Shown: positions 10,186-18,105 of the stretch, in pieces
How the letters are laid out: every line of letters begins with the position of its first letter
How positions within the stretch are numbered: the first letter of the stretch is position 1
Assembly (NCBI GenBank): GCA_038870455.1
Contig: JAWCPB010000001.1
Coordinates: forward strand, 21,449-85,448
Source: Candidatus Micrarchaeia archaeon
GTDB lineage: Archaea > Micrarchaeota > Micrarchaeia > Burarchaeales > JACRGF01
Direction: 5' to 3'
DNA: 64,000 bases
Made by a program: the position numbers and the translations under genes
Notes under the pieces: generated by a model
Databases searched by the model: none
Told to the model about the DNA's origin: nothing
The model's input: only the letters and a program-made list of their open reading frames with translations

Positions 10186-11871
10186 TCACACCAACTTGGT
10201 CATCCCAGCCAGCTGCGTCTCTCCACCGAGCGAGCCTGACAACGAGCGGAAGAATGTTATGACGATTATGATGTCGACTACGGTCAGCACAGTCACCACA
10301 AGCAGCTTTCTCACCACAATGGGCAGCGCCCACTCGTCTGGAACCAACCAGGTAAAGGTCGGATTATCGGTGAGGCCGGCGTTGGGGCACAGGGCCGGCA
10401 CGCTGCCTTTGCACGATGAACATGGCTGCTGTGCCGTGTTGGCATCGCACGTGATGTAGTCATACGCAGCGTACACATAATACGTGGGCCAAAGGCTCTG
10501 GAAAGAGCCAGAGCCCACCGCCCCAAGTAGGCTAACCAGTGGCGAGCCCGCCACCACCCCAACGCCCGTGATGCCGGCGAAAAGCAGCTGCCCGCCCACC
10601 GATTTCCACACCTCTCCCGCCCGCTCGTACTCCCGCCTCAGCCAGCACATGACCTGATACCATTTGCACGCGGGCTTCACCGTGACATTGAGGCTGGCCT
10701 CGGCCATGTCCTGGCAATAACCACGCGGGTCACACCCGCCGTAAGACGTGCCATCGGGCCTAACCACTACAGGGCATCCTTCGCTGCAGGGCGTGGCGTT
10801 TATCGTTGTCACCACAACCCCGTACTCAAAAAGACCCTCGCCCGGATTGCTCACGGGAAAGTTAACGGGCACGCCAGCGGCATAAGCCCCTTCACCGAGC
10901 CATACGAAATCCGTAGACGCGCCCTCCTTCCACTCTCTGTACCACACATCATAAGTGCCATTGGGCGCCTGGATGAGAAAAGTGAGGTTGAAATAGCCGG
11001 TCCCGCCGACAGTGCTGAGGGGCGAGAAAAAGGCAATCTTACCAATGCGTCCGAGGTCGCTTTCGACAATCCTCCACTCCGGCGGGATGTCGCCAGCCGC
11101 GCTGTACTGCGCCACAACATCTCTGTCATACTCATAGATGCCCTTATTGAGGGCGAGCGTGAGCGGAAACACGACATACCCCGATATGGCGAGCGCGATG
11201 ATGGTCGAGCCAAGCTTTCGCGTCAGACTGAACGTCCTGAGTATCAGGCCGAATGGCAGGAAAAACGTGAAGAACTGCTCGTATATAAACTCCAGCAGCG
11301 CTTGCTGGGCCATGAGATTGACGATGGTGAGCGCGGCGGCGTCGGCGATTTTTACAATCATCCCGTTCACCATCGTCAGCCCCACCAGCGGGCTGATGCC
11401 CACGTTGGGCATCGTTGTGCCGATGGGAATCCCAAAAAGCTGCGGATAGAGCACGGTGCCCATTGTACCGAGCGTGCCTATGCCGGCATCGAGCGTCAGC
11501 AGGCGGGTATAAACGCGCGTCAGGTCGTTCAGCGTCTCGCTCAGATAAGCATAGCCGAGGCCGATGTGGCTGTAGCCACCCGTCATGTCTGACACAATTG
11601 TGTTAAGCACGGTCAGCGAGGAGAAGACAAGGCCCACCATGAGCGCGCTCACCGCCGCTTCGGCGAGCTCGTTCTTTGCCCATGCCTGCAGCTCGGGCGA
11701 GCGAAGCAGCTCGGACAGCATGTACGCAATTGCCACGAACAGGAACGAGATGGCAACTGCCGTGAGGGCGATCGAAAACCAAAACGCCTCGCCTCCCCAC
11801 GTTGTCTGTATCGACGTTGTCACATTGAGCAGGAACTGCTCGGGCGGCGCGGTCGGGGAAGGCAGGGTCAT
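10186..11871 (-). CDS. polytopic membrane protein, tandem paralog 1, with large extracellular insert
   Basis: AWAKNELAE, LPFGLILRTFSLTRKLGSTIIALAISGYVVFP, SLSGSLGGETQLAGMTKLV. Start moved to ATG 11871 because the longer ORF overlaps leuS. Confidence 0.8.
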   Translation of the reverse strand: MTLPSPTAPPEQFLLNVTTSIQTTWGGEAFWFSIALTAVAISFLFVAIAYMLSELLRSPELQAWAKNELAEAAVSALMVGLVFSSLTVLNTIVSDMTGGYSHIGLGYAYLSETLNDLTRVYTRLLTLDAGIGTLGTMGTVLYPQLFGIPIGTTMPNVGISPLVGLTMVNGMIVKIADAAALTIVNLMAQQALLEFIYEQFFTFFLPFGLILRTFSLTRKLGSTIIALAISGYVVFPLTLALNKGIYEYDRDVVAQYSAAGDIPPEWRIVESDLGRIGKIAFFSPLSTVGGTGYFNLTFLIQAPNGTYDVWYREWKEGASTDFVWLGEGAYAAGVPVNFPVSNPGEGLFEYGVVVTTINATPCSEGCPVVVRPDGTSYGGCDPRGYCQDMAEASLNVTVKPACKWYQVMCWLRREYERAGEVWKSVGGQLLFAGITGVGVVAGSPLVSLLGAVGSGSFQSLWPTYYVYAAYDYITCDANTAQQPCSSCKGSVPALCPNAGLTDNPTFTWLVPDEWALPIVVRKLLVVTVLTVVDIIIVITFFRSLSGSLGGETQLAGMTKLV

Positions 11872-11899
11872 CTCTATCGAGGTTTTTACTTCTCCACGC

Positions 11900-11907
11900 T
11901 TTAAATA
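11900..11907. promoter_or_regulatory. putative bidirectional TATA box between the membrane-protein operon and leuS
   Basis: TTTAAATA in a 57-nt divergent gap, about 25-30 nt from both start codons. Confidence 0.5.
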
Positions 11908-11928
11908 GGTTATCTGTGAAAAAACCGC

Positions 11929-14715
11929 GTGGGGCAATCCATCGAGGAAAAATGGCAGAAAAGATGGGCCGAGGCCAGGCTGTTCGAGGCCGAGCCGCAG
12001 CCAGGCAGGAAAAAGTTTTACCTCACCGCGGCGTATCCCTACCCCAATTCTCCGCAGCACATCGGCCACGCCCGGACATACACGACTACCGACGTTTATG
12101 CGCGGTTCAAGCGCGCCCAAGGATACAACGTGCTTTTTCCCATGGGCTTTCACGTCACGGGCACGCCCATCCTCGCAATGGCAAAGAGGCTCGCGGCCAG
12201 GGAAGAGGAGCTGCTGAGCCTTTTCGAAAAGGTTTTCGGCATCCCGAAAGAAATCTCGCTTTCCCTCGCCGAGCCCACCGCGCTCGTGGCCTTCTTCTCG
12301 CGCGAAATCGAGCAGGGCATGCGCGAGATGGGCTTTTCGATTGACTGGCGCAGGAAGTTCTACACCTATGACCCCGACTACAATGCATTCATTCAGTGGC
12401 AGTTCCGCAAGCTGAAGGAAAGAGGCTTCATCACCAAAGGCGCGCACCCCGTTCCCTGGTGCCCGCGCGACAACCAGGCCGTGGGAAGCCACGACACAAG
12501 GGGAGACATAGACCCTGAGCTCGGCGAATTCACGCTCATAAAGTTCGCCTTCGGCGACGCCTTCCTTCCCGCCGCCACCCTGCGCCCCGAGACGATTTAC
12601 GGCGTGACCAGCATGTGGATAAATTCCGATGCCGACTATGTCAGGGCGCGCGTGGATGACGAGAACTGGATTGTCTCAAAGGAAGGGGCGGAGAAGCTGG
12701 CCGCCCAGGGAAGAAAAGTGGAGGTGCTCGCGCAGCTCAAGGGCTCCGATGTTAAAGGCGAGTGCATTAATCCCATCAACAGCCAGCCCGTGCCGATTTT
12801 CCCAGCTTCATTCGTCGATCCCTCGAACGCCACGGGCGTTGTCATGAGCGTGCCAGCCCACGCTCCATACGACTACTTAGCCCTCCGCGATTACCTCCGC
12901 ACGGCTGGCCAGCTCTCCCGGCTCGAGGCCATGCTCGTTCCCGTGCTGAAGATAGAGGGCTATGGCAGCGCGCCGGCAAAGGAAATCAGCGAGGCCATGG
13001 GCATAGCGAGCCAGAATGACCCCAAAGCCGAGGAGGCGACGAGGGAAATCTACAGGAAGGAGGCGCACACGGGGGTGATGGTCGCCGGAAAATACGCCGG
13101 CGAGCGCGTGCTCACCGCGAAGGAAAAAATAAAGGCCGACCTGCTGGGCGAGGGAAAGGCCTCGCTCCTTCACGAGATCATCAACGGCCCCGTGTATTGC
13201 AGGTGCGGCGCCCGTTGCATCGTAAAGAGCATCAAAGATCAGTGGTTCATTGACTACGGCAATGCCGCCTGGAAACGCGCCGCGCTGGAGTGCCTGCAGG
13301 GCATGCGTGTCATCCCACAGAAAACCATTCCGGAGTACGAATACACCATCGGCTGGCTTAAGGAGAAAGCCTGCACGAGAGCCCAGGGACTGGGCACCCG
13401 CTTTCCATTCGACGAGCGCCAGATGATTGAGGCGCTCAGCGACTCGACCATCTACATGGCATACTACACGGTGGTTCACATACTGCGCCGGGAGGAAATC
13501 CCCTTGTCCGAAGCCGCGTTCGACTACATCTTCCTAGGGAGGGGGAAGGGCTCTCCCGCGCTGGACGCCGCCAGGCGGGAGTTCCTCTACTGGTATCCCC
13601 TCGACTCGCGGCATTCGGCCACCGACCTCGTGCACAACCACCTGACGTTCTTCATTTTCAATCACACCGCGGTTTTCCCGCGCGAGCTATGGCCCAGGCA
13701 GATCGTCACAAACGGCTTTGTGCTCATGGAGGGAAGCAAGATGAGCAAGAGCCTTGGCAACATCCTTCCCCTGCGCCTTGCCATAAGAAAGTACGGCGCG
13801 GACGTCGTGCGCTTCAGCGTGGTCTCGGGCGCCGACCTGGCGCAGGATGCCGACTTCAACGAAACCCTTGCCGAGGCGATTTCCACTCGCCTCAAGTACT
13901 TCGCTTCGCTGGCCGAAATCGCTGCCACCGCGAGTTCCCGCGAGCTCAACCACCTAGACCGATGGATGCTCTCCAGGCTCCACCGGAAAATACGCGACTA
14001 CGAGAAGAACATGGAGGAACTGCGCTTCCGCGAGGTGGCCCAGGATGTCTTCTACAACCTGGCCAACGAGCTGCGCTGGTACGCCCGGCGCACCGGAAAG
14101 GCCAATGGCCGCGTGCTGCGCGAAGTGCTCGAGAACTGGATTCTCCTCATCGCTCCATTCATGCCCCACTTTGCCGAGGAGGCATGGGAGCGGCTTGGGA
14201 AAAAACAGTTTGTCAAGGAAGCGGCGTTCGTCTCGGCAGCCTCCCTGCCCGAGCCCGACGAAACAAAAATAAGCCCGCTGGACGAGCTGGGCGAGGAAAT
14301 AGTCATCAGCACGCGCGGGGACATCGAAAACATTCAGAAAATCACTGGGAAGAAGGCAAAGCGCATTTTCCTGTATGTCGCAGCCGACTGGAAACGCGCC
14401 CTCTATCGTCTGTTGTTTGAAGAAAAGAAGTTCGAGCCCGCCATTAAGCGGGCAATGGCCGACGCGGTCTTAAGGCAACACGCGAAAGACGCGTCCAGGG
14501 TGCTGGCGGCCCTTGCGAAAAACATCGGCGGGCTCTCGCCCGTCTGCCCGAGCCAGGCCGAGGAGGAGGCTGTGCTGCGCGAGGCCATTCCCTTTCTCTC
14601 CGGAGAGTTCGGCGGAGCCGAAGTGGCTGTCGCGAGGGAAGAGGACGCGCCCGCCCCGCACGCGGCAAAAGCCGAGGGGACTATGCCTTTAAAACCGAGC
14701 ATATTCATTGAATAA
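11929..14715 (+). CDS. leuS: leucine--tRNA ligase (archaeal type)
   Basis: YPYPNSPQHIGH, ATLRPET and GVVMSVPAHAPYD editing motifs, KMSKS. Confidence 0.96.
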   Translation: MGQSIEEKWQKRWAEARLFEAEPQPGRKKFYLTAAYPYPNSPQHIGHARTYTTTDVYARFKRAQGYNVLFPMGFHVTGTPILAMAKRLAAREEELLSLFEKVFGIPKEISLSLAEPTALVAFFSREIEQGMREMGFSIDWRRKFYTYDPDYNAFIQWQFRKLKERGFITKGAHPVPWCPRDNQAVGSHDTRGDIDPELGEFTLIKFAFGDAFLPAATLRPETIYGVTSMWINSDADYVRARVDDENWIVSKEGAEKLAAQGRKVEVLAQLKGSDVKGECINPINSQPVPIFPASFVDPSNATGVVMSVPAHAPYDYLALRDYLRTAGQLSRLEAMLVPVLKIEGYGSAPAKEISEAMGIASQNDPKAEEATREIYRKEAHTGVMVAGKYAGERVLTAKEKIKADLLGEGKASLLHEIINGPVYCRCGARCIVKSIKDQWFIDYGNAAWKRAALECLQGMRVIPQKTIPEYEYTIGWLKEKACTRAQGLGTRFPFDERQMIEALSDSTIYMAYYTVVHILRREEIPLSEAAFDYIFLGRGKGSPALDAARREFLYWYPLDSRHSATDLVHNHLTFFIFNHTAVFPRELWPRQIVTNGFVLMEGSKMSKSLGNILPLRLAIRKYGADVVRFSVVSGADLAQDADFNETLAEAISTRLKYFASLAEIAATASSRELNHLDRWMLSRLHRKIRDYEKNMEELRFREVAQDVFYNLANELRWYARRTGKANGRVLREVLENWILLIAPFMPHFAEEAWERLGKKQFVKEAAFVSAASLPEPDETKISPLDELGEEIVISTRGDIENIQKITGKKAKRIFLYVAADWKRALYRLLFEEKKFEPAIKRAMADAVLRQHAKDASRVLAALAKNIGGLSPVCPSQAEEEAVLREAIPFLSGEFGGAEVAVAREEDAPAPHAAKAEGTMPLKPSIFIE

Positions 14716-15253
14716 GCTGGTCAGTATGGTTCTTGAGTCAAAGGAAAGCAGGGCGGGCGCGCTGAGCGCGCTGGGCGCGGTCGTTCTCGCCTACGCGTTT
14801 TACTCTCTGTACCTCGCCGCGCAGGTTCCCGCCTCTTCCTTTCCGAGCATCACCGCGCGCTCGGCCGCGCTCATCGGCAGCGCGGCGCTGCCAGCCGGCG
14901 TCGGCTTCGCGCTCCTGTTTCTCGGAGTCACGATGCTGTTCGCCACCGCGCGCTCGGCCGCTTTCTTCGTGCTCGCGGCCCTCGCGTGGCTCTACGCCGC
15001 CTACAGCCTGCACAGCCTCGGCTCGGTCGCCGCCACGACCGACATCCCGTCCTATGCGACGCACGTCGGGATTCCCGTGGTGGCGTTCGCTTTCCTGGCC
15101 GCCGCGGGCATGTTCGTGGCCGATCGCGAAAGGTCAGCCCGGCTGAAGAGCCTCGAGGAGGAGGTCGCTTCGCTCCGCGCAGCGCTGGAGGAGGAAAAGG
15201 CGAAGCGCGCAGAAGCTGAGAAAAAGGCGAGCCCGTTTCTCATAAAAGAATAG
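14708..15253 (+). CDS. hypothetical membrane protein (about 4 TM helices, C-terminal coiled coil)
   Basis: Hydrophobic segments. Packed between leuS and rps6e. Confidence 0.7.
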   Translation: MNKLVSMVLESKESRAGALSALGAVVLAYAFYSLYLAAQVPASSFPSITARSAALIGSAALPAGVGFALLFLGVTMLFATARSAAFFVLAALAWLYAAYSLHSLGSVAATTDIPSYATHVGIPVVAFAFLAAAGMFVADRERSARLKSLEEEVASLRAALEEEKAKRAEAEKKASPFLIKE

Positions 15254-15293
15254 TTTATTAATTTCTGCGAAGAATATTTTCGGTGGTTCTTCT

Positions 15294-15683
15294 ATGAAAA
15301 TCGTCATCTCCGACCCGAAGGCAGGAAACACTTTTCAGACCGAGCTCGAAAAGAGCAAAGAGGGCGCGCTGGCGGGCTTGAAGATAGGCGACGTTTTCGA
15401 CGGGGCGCTCGTGGGCGCGCCGGGCTACCGCCTGCGCATCACTGGCGGAAGCGACAGGGAGGGCTTTCCCATGCGCGCCGACGTGTCTGGTCCCAGGCGG
15501 GCCAGCGTCCTGCTTTCGGGGCCCCCGGGCTTCCGCCCCTCCAGAAAGGGCGAGCGCGGGAGAAAGAGCGTCAGGGGGAACACCGTCAGCGACGCCATCG
15601 CCCAGCTGAACACCGTGGTCGCCGAGGCCGGCGCCAAGCCGCTCGCCGAGCTTTTCCCGTCCAAGCCCAAGGAGAAGAAGTAG
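15294..15683 (+). CDS. rps6e: 30S ribosomal protein S6e
   Basis: MKIVISDP, LRITGGSDREGFPMR, GERGRKSVRGN. Confidence 0.96.
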   Translation: MKIVISDPKAGNTFQTELEKSKEGALAGLKIGDVFDGALVGAPGYRLRITGGSDREGFPMRADVSGPRRASVLLSGPPGFRPSRKGERGRKSVRGNTVSDAIAQLNTVVAEAGAKPLAELFPSKPKEKK

Positions 15684-16103
15684 ATGAAGCTCATACTCGT
15701 TCCCACAGACGGCTCGCCCGCCGCCCGCCGCGCGCTCTCCAAAGCGCTGGAGCTCGCAAGAAAATTCAAGAGCAAAATCATCGCCGCTAACGTCATCGAG
15801 CCGGTGGGCTGGACCGTCGCCACGGCGGACGCGCTCGTGCTCGAGGCCAGGGCGCAGGAGTGGCAGGCCGGCGTGCTCAAGGAAGCCGAGAGGATGGCGC
15901 GCGGCAAGGGCGCGAGGATAAGGACGGCCGCCCTGCGGGGAGTGGTCGCGGACGAGCTCGTCGCCTATGCGAAGAAAACAAAATGCGACCTCATCGTGAT
16001 GGGCTCCAGGGGCCTCTCGCGCACGGACAGGTTCCTCCTCGGCAGCGTCAGCGACAGGGTGCTGCACCACGCGCCCTGCAGCGTATTGATCGTGAGAAAA
16101 TAA
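15684..16103 (+). CDS. universal stress protein
   Basis: ILVPTDGS, DLIVMGSRG, LLGSVSDRVLHHAPCSVLIV. Confidence 0.94.
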   Translation: MKLILVPTDGSPAARRALSKALELARKFKSKIIAANVIEPVGWTVATADALVLEARAQEWQAGVLKEAERMARGKGARIRTAALRGVVADELVAYAKKTKCDLIVMGSRGLSRTDRFLLGSVSDRVLHHAPCSVLIVRK

Positions 16104-16116
16104 GAGCGGGGAGTTT

Positions 16117-17334
16117 GTGGCACAGGCTGAAGTGAACATAGGAATGCTCGGGCACGTCGATCACGGAAAGACTGCGCTAACCCACGCGCTGACCGGCGTC
16201 TGGACTGACACGCACAGCGAGGAAATCAAGCGCGGCATCACCATAAAGCTCGGCTATGCCGACGCCGTCTTCCGCAAATGCCCCAAGTGCGGCGAGCCCC
16301 AGGCCTTTACAACAAAGGAAAAGTGCCCAAAATGCGGCTCGGCCACAGACGTTCTCAGGCGCGTTTCCTTCATCGACTCGCCGGGCCACGAGACGCTCAT
16401 GACCACAGCCATCGCGGCCTCAAGCGTCATGGACGGGGCGCTTCTCGTCATCGCGGCGAACGAGCCGTGCCCCCAGCCTCAGACGCTCGAGCACCTCATG
16501 GTGCTTGACATCCTCGGCGTGAAGAATGTCATCGTCATCCAGAACAAGATAGACCTTGTGTCGAGAGAAAAAGCGCTTGAGAACTACAACCAGATTAAAA
16601 AATTCTTGAGCGGCACTGTGGCGGAAAACGCCCCGGTCATTCCGGTCGCGGCAAACTATTTCGCGAATCTGGATCTCGTCATCCAGGCCATCGAAAAGCA
16701 CATTCCGACTCCCAAGCGCGACGCGGGCGCGCCCTTCCGCATGTACGTGGCGCGCTCTTTCGACGTTAACAAGCCCGGTACGGATATAGACAAGCTCGTG
16801 GGCGGGGTGGTCGGCGGCTCCATCATACAAGGCACGGTGCGCGTGGGAGACGAGATTGAGCTGCGTCCTGGAATTTCAAGGGGCGCCGAGAAGGAGGGCA
16901 GGGAACCCTCGCACGAGCCCATCGTCACGCGCGTGGAGAGCCTGAGCGTTGGAAGCGAGAGACTGGAGGAAGCGCGGCCCGGCGGCCTCGTGGCCATCGG
17001 CACCCGCCTCGACCCGGCCCTCACAAAAGCCGATTCCCTTGTCGGCAACCTCGTGGGCAAGCCCGGCACGCTGCCCGAGCTCGTCAGTGAGGCGGAGCTT
17101 GATTTCGTGCTGCTCAAGCGCGTCGACCTCGAAAACCCGCCGCTGAGGCAGAACGAGCCGCTTGTGCTAAGCGTCGGCACGACAACAGCCATCGGCTTCG
17201 TGGATAAGATAAAGAAAAACATCCTGTCGCTCAAGCTCAAGCGTCCGATCTGCGCCAAAAAGGGAAGCAAGGTCGCGCTCTCCCGCCGCCTGGGCCAGCG
17301 ATGGCACCTCGCCGGCTACGGCACGCTGCGCTAA
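16117..17334 (+). CDS. eif2g: translation initiation factor 2 subunit gamma
   Basis: GHVDHGKT, RGITIKLGYA, Zn knuckle CPKC...CPKC, DSPGHE, NKID. Confidence 0.97.
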   Translation: MAQAEVNIGMLGHVDHGKTALTHALTGVWTDTHSEEIKRGITIKLGYADAVFRKCPKCGEPQAFTTKEKCPKCGSATDVLRRVSFIDSPGHETLMTTAIAASSVMDGALLVIAANEPCPQPQTLEHLMVLDILGVKNVIVIQNKIDLVSREKALENYNQIKKFLSGTVAENAPVIPVAANYFANLDLVIQAIEKHIPTPKRDAGAPFRMYVARSFDVNKPGTDIDKLVGGVVGGSIIQGTVRVGDEIELRPGISRGAEKEGREPSHEPIVTRVESLSVGSERLEEARPGGLVAIGTRLDPALTKADSLVGNLVGKPGTLPELVSEAELDFVLLKRVDLENPPLRQNEPLVLSVGTTTAIGFVDKIKKNILSLKLKRPICAKKGSKVALSRRLGQRWHLAGYGTLR

Positions 17335-17362
17335 CGCTAATCTCCAATTTTGCAAGCCGACG

Positions 17363-17383
17363 AAGTCATCGTTTGGTTCTGAT
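17363..17383. repeat. short hairpin repeat, module C
   Basis: aagtcatcgtttggttctgat matches the reverse complement of 35823-35843 at 20 of 21 positions. Confidence 0.5.
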
Positions 17384-18054
17384 TAGCAGATGCTCGTGAA
17401 AGTCACGTTCTGCGAATAAGTCCCCGGGGGCGTGCCGGAAGGGGGCCTGAGCTGGAAGTACGCCGTGAAAGAGCCCGAGCCGACGAGCGAGTAGTACACC
17501 GTCGCATCGCTTTCCGCCAGCAGGCTCTTTGAAGCAAACGGTACGCCGCTCTGGTTCGCCCACCGCGTGGCGTTCGCGGGCATGCTTTTCCCCGCATCGG
17601 TCCAGTTCGTTCCCCTAACCAGCACGTCGGCCGCCTGCACCACCAGCCCCGGAACCTCATCGCCGTAGCCCGCGCCGCTCACCACGCTTCCCGAAATCCG
17701 CAAGCCCGCCCCCTTCTCAACGAAAAAAACGTAGGACCACCCGCTCCAGCTTTCAACGCGGGAATTCTCCACGAGCAGGGATGCGTTTCCGGCCACGCTC
17801 ACAGCGAATTCCCCGTCGCGCGATGCATTGACCAGCAGCGTGACGTTCCTCAAAACCAGTTTCCCCGTCACGTTCAGGTTCCCGTTCAGCACCACCCCGC
17901 CGTCCGCGCACGCCTGTTCAGTCGGTACAATCCAATCGCCTTTTTCTGGCGGAGCGCATCCCGACGGCGGAAGCACCGCGGCCGCGTAAACCTTTCCCCT
18001 CGGAGCGGGTTGCAGCAGCCCCGCGCACCCGGCGAGCACGATTGCAAGCGCCAT
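17383..18054 (-). CDS. putative secreted lipoprotein, beta-rich
   Basis: IVLAGC lipobox, beta-helix-like segments, C-terminal TPPGTYSQNVTF. N-terminus uncertain. Confidence 0.6.
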   Translation of the reverse strand: MALAIVLAGCAGLLQPAPRGKVYAAAVLPPSGCAPPEKGDWIVPTEQACADGGVVLNGNLNVTGKLVLRNVTLLVNASRDGEFAVSVAGNASLLVENSRVESWSGWSYVFFVEKGAGLRISGSVVSGAGYGDEVPGLVVQAADVLVRGTNWTDAGKSMPANATRWANQSGVPFASKSLLAESDATVYYSLVGSGSFTAYFQLRPPSGTPPGTYSQNVTFTSIC

Positions 18055-18105
18055 CAGTTCCGCGCGTCCATCGCTTTTCTTTAAATCCTCACACTATATT
18101 TAATT

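Noticed and set aside
11872-12492. N-terminal extension of the 768-aa ORF
   Set aside because: It overlaps leuS on the opposite strand and spans the TATA-containing gap. The start was reassigned to 11871.
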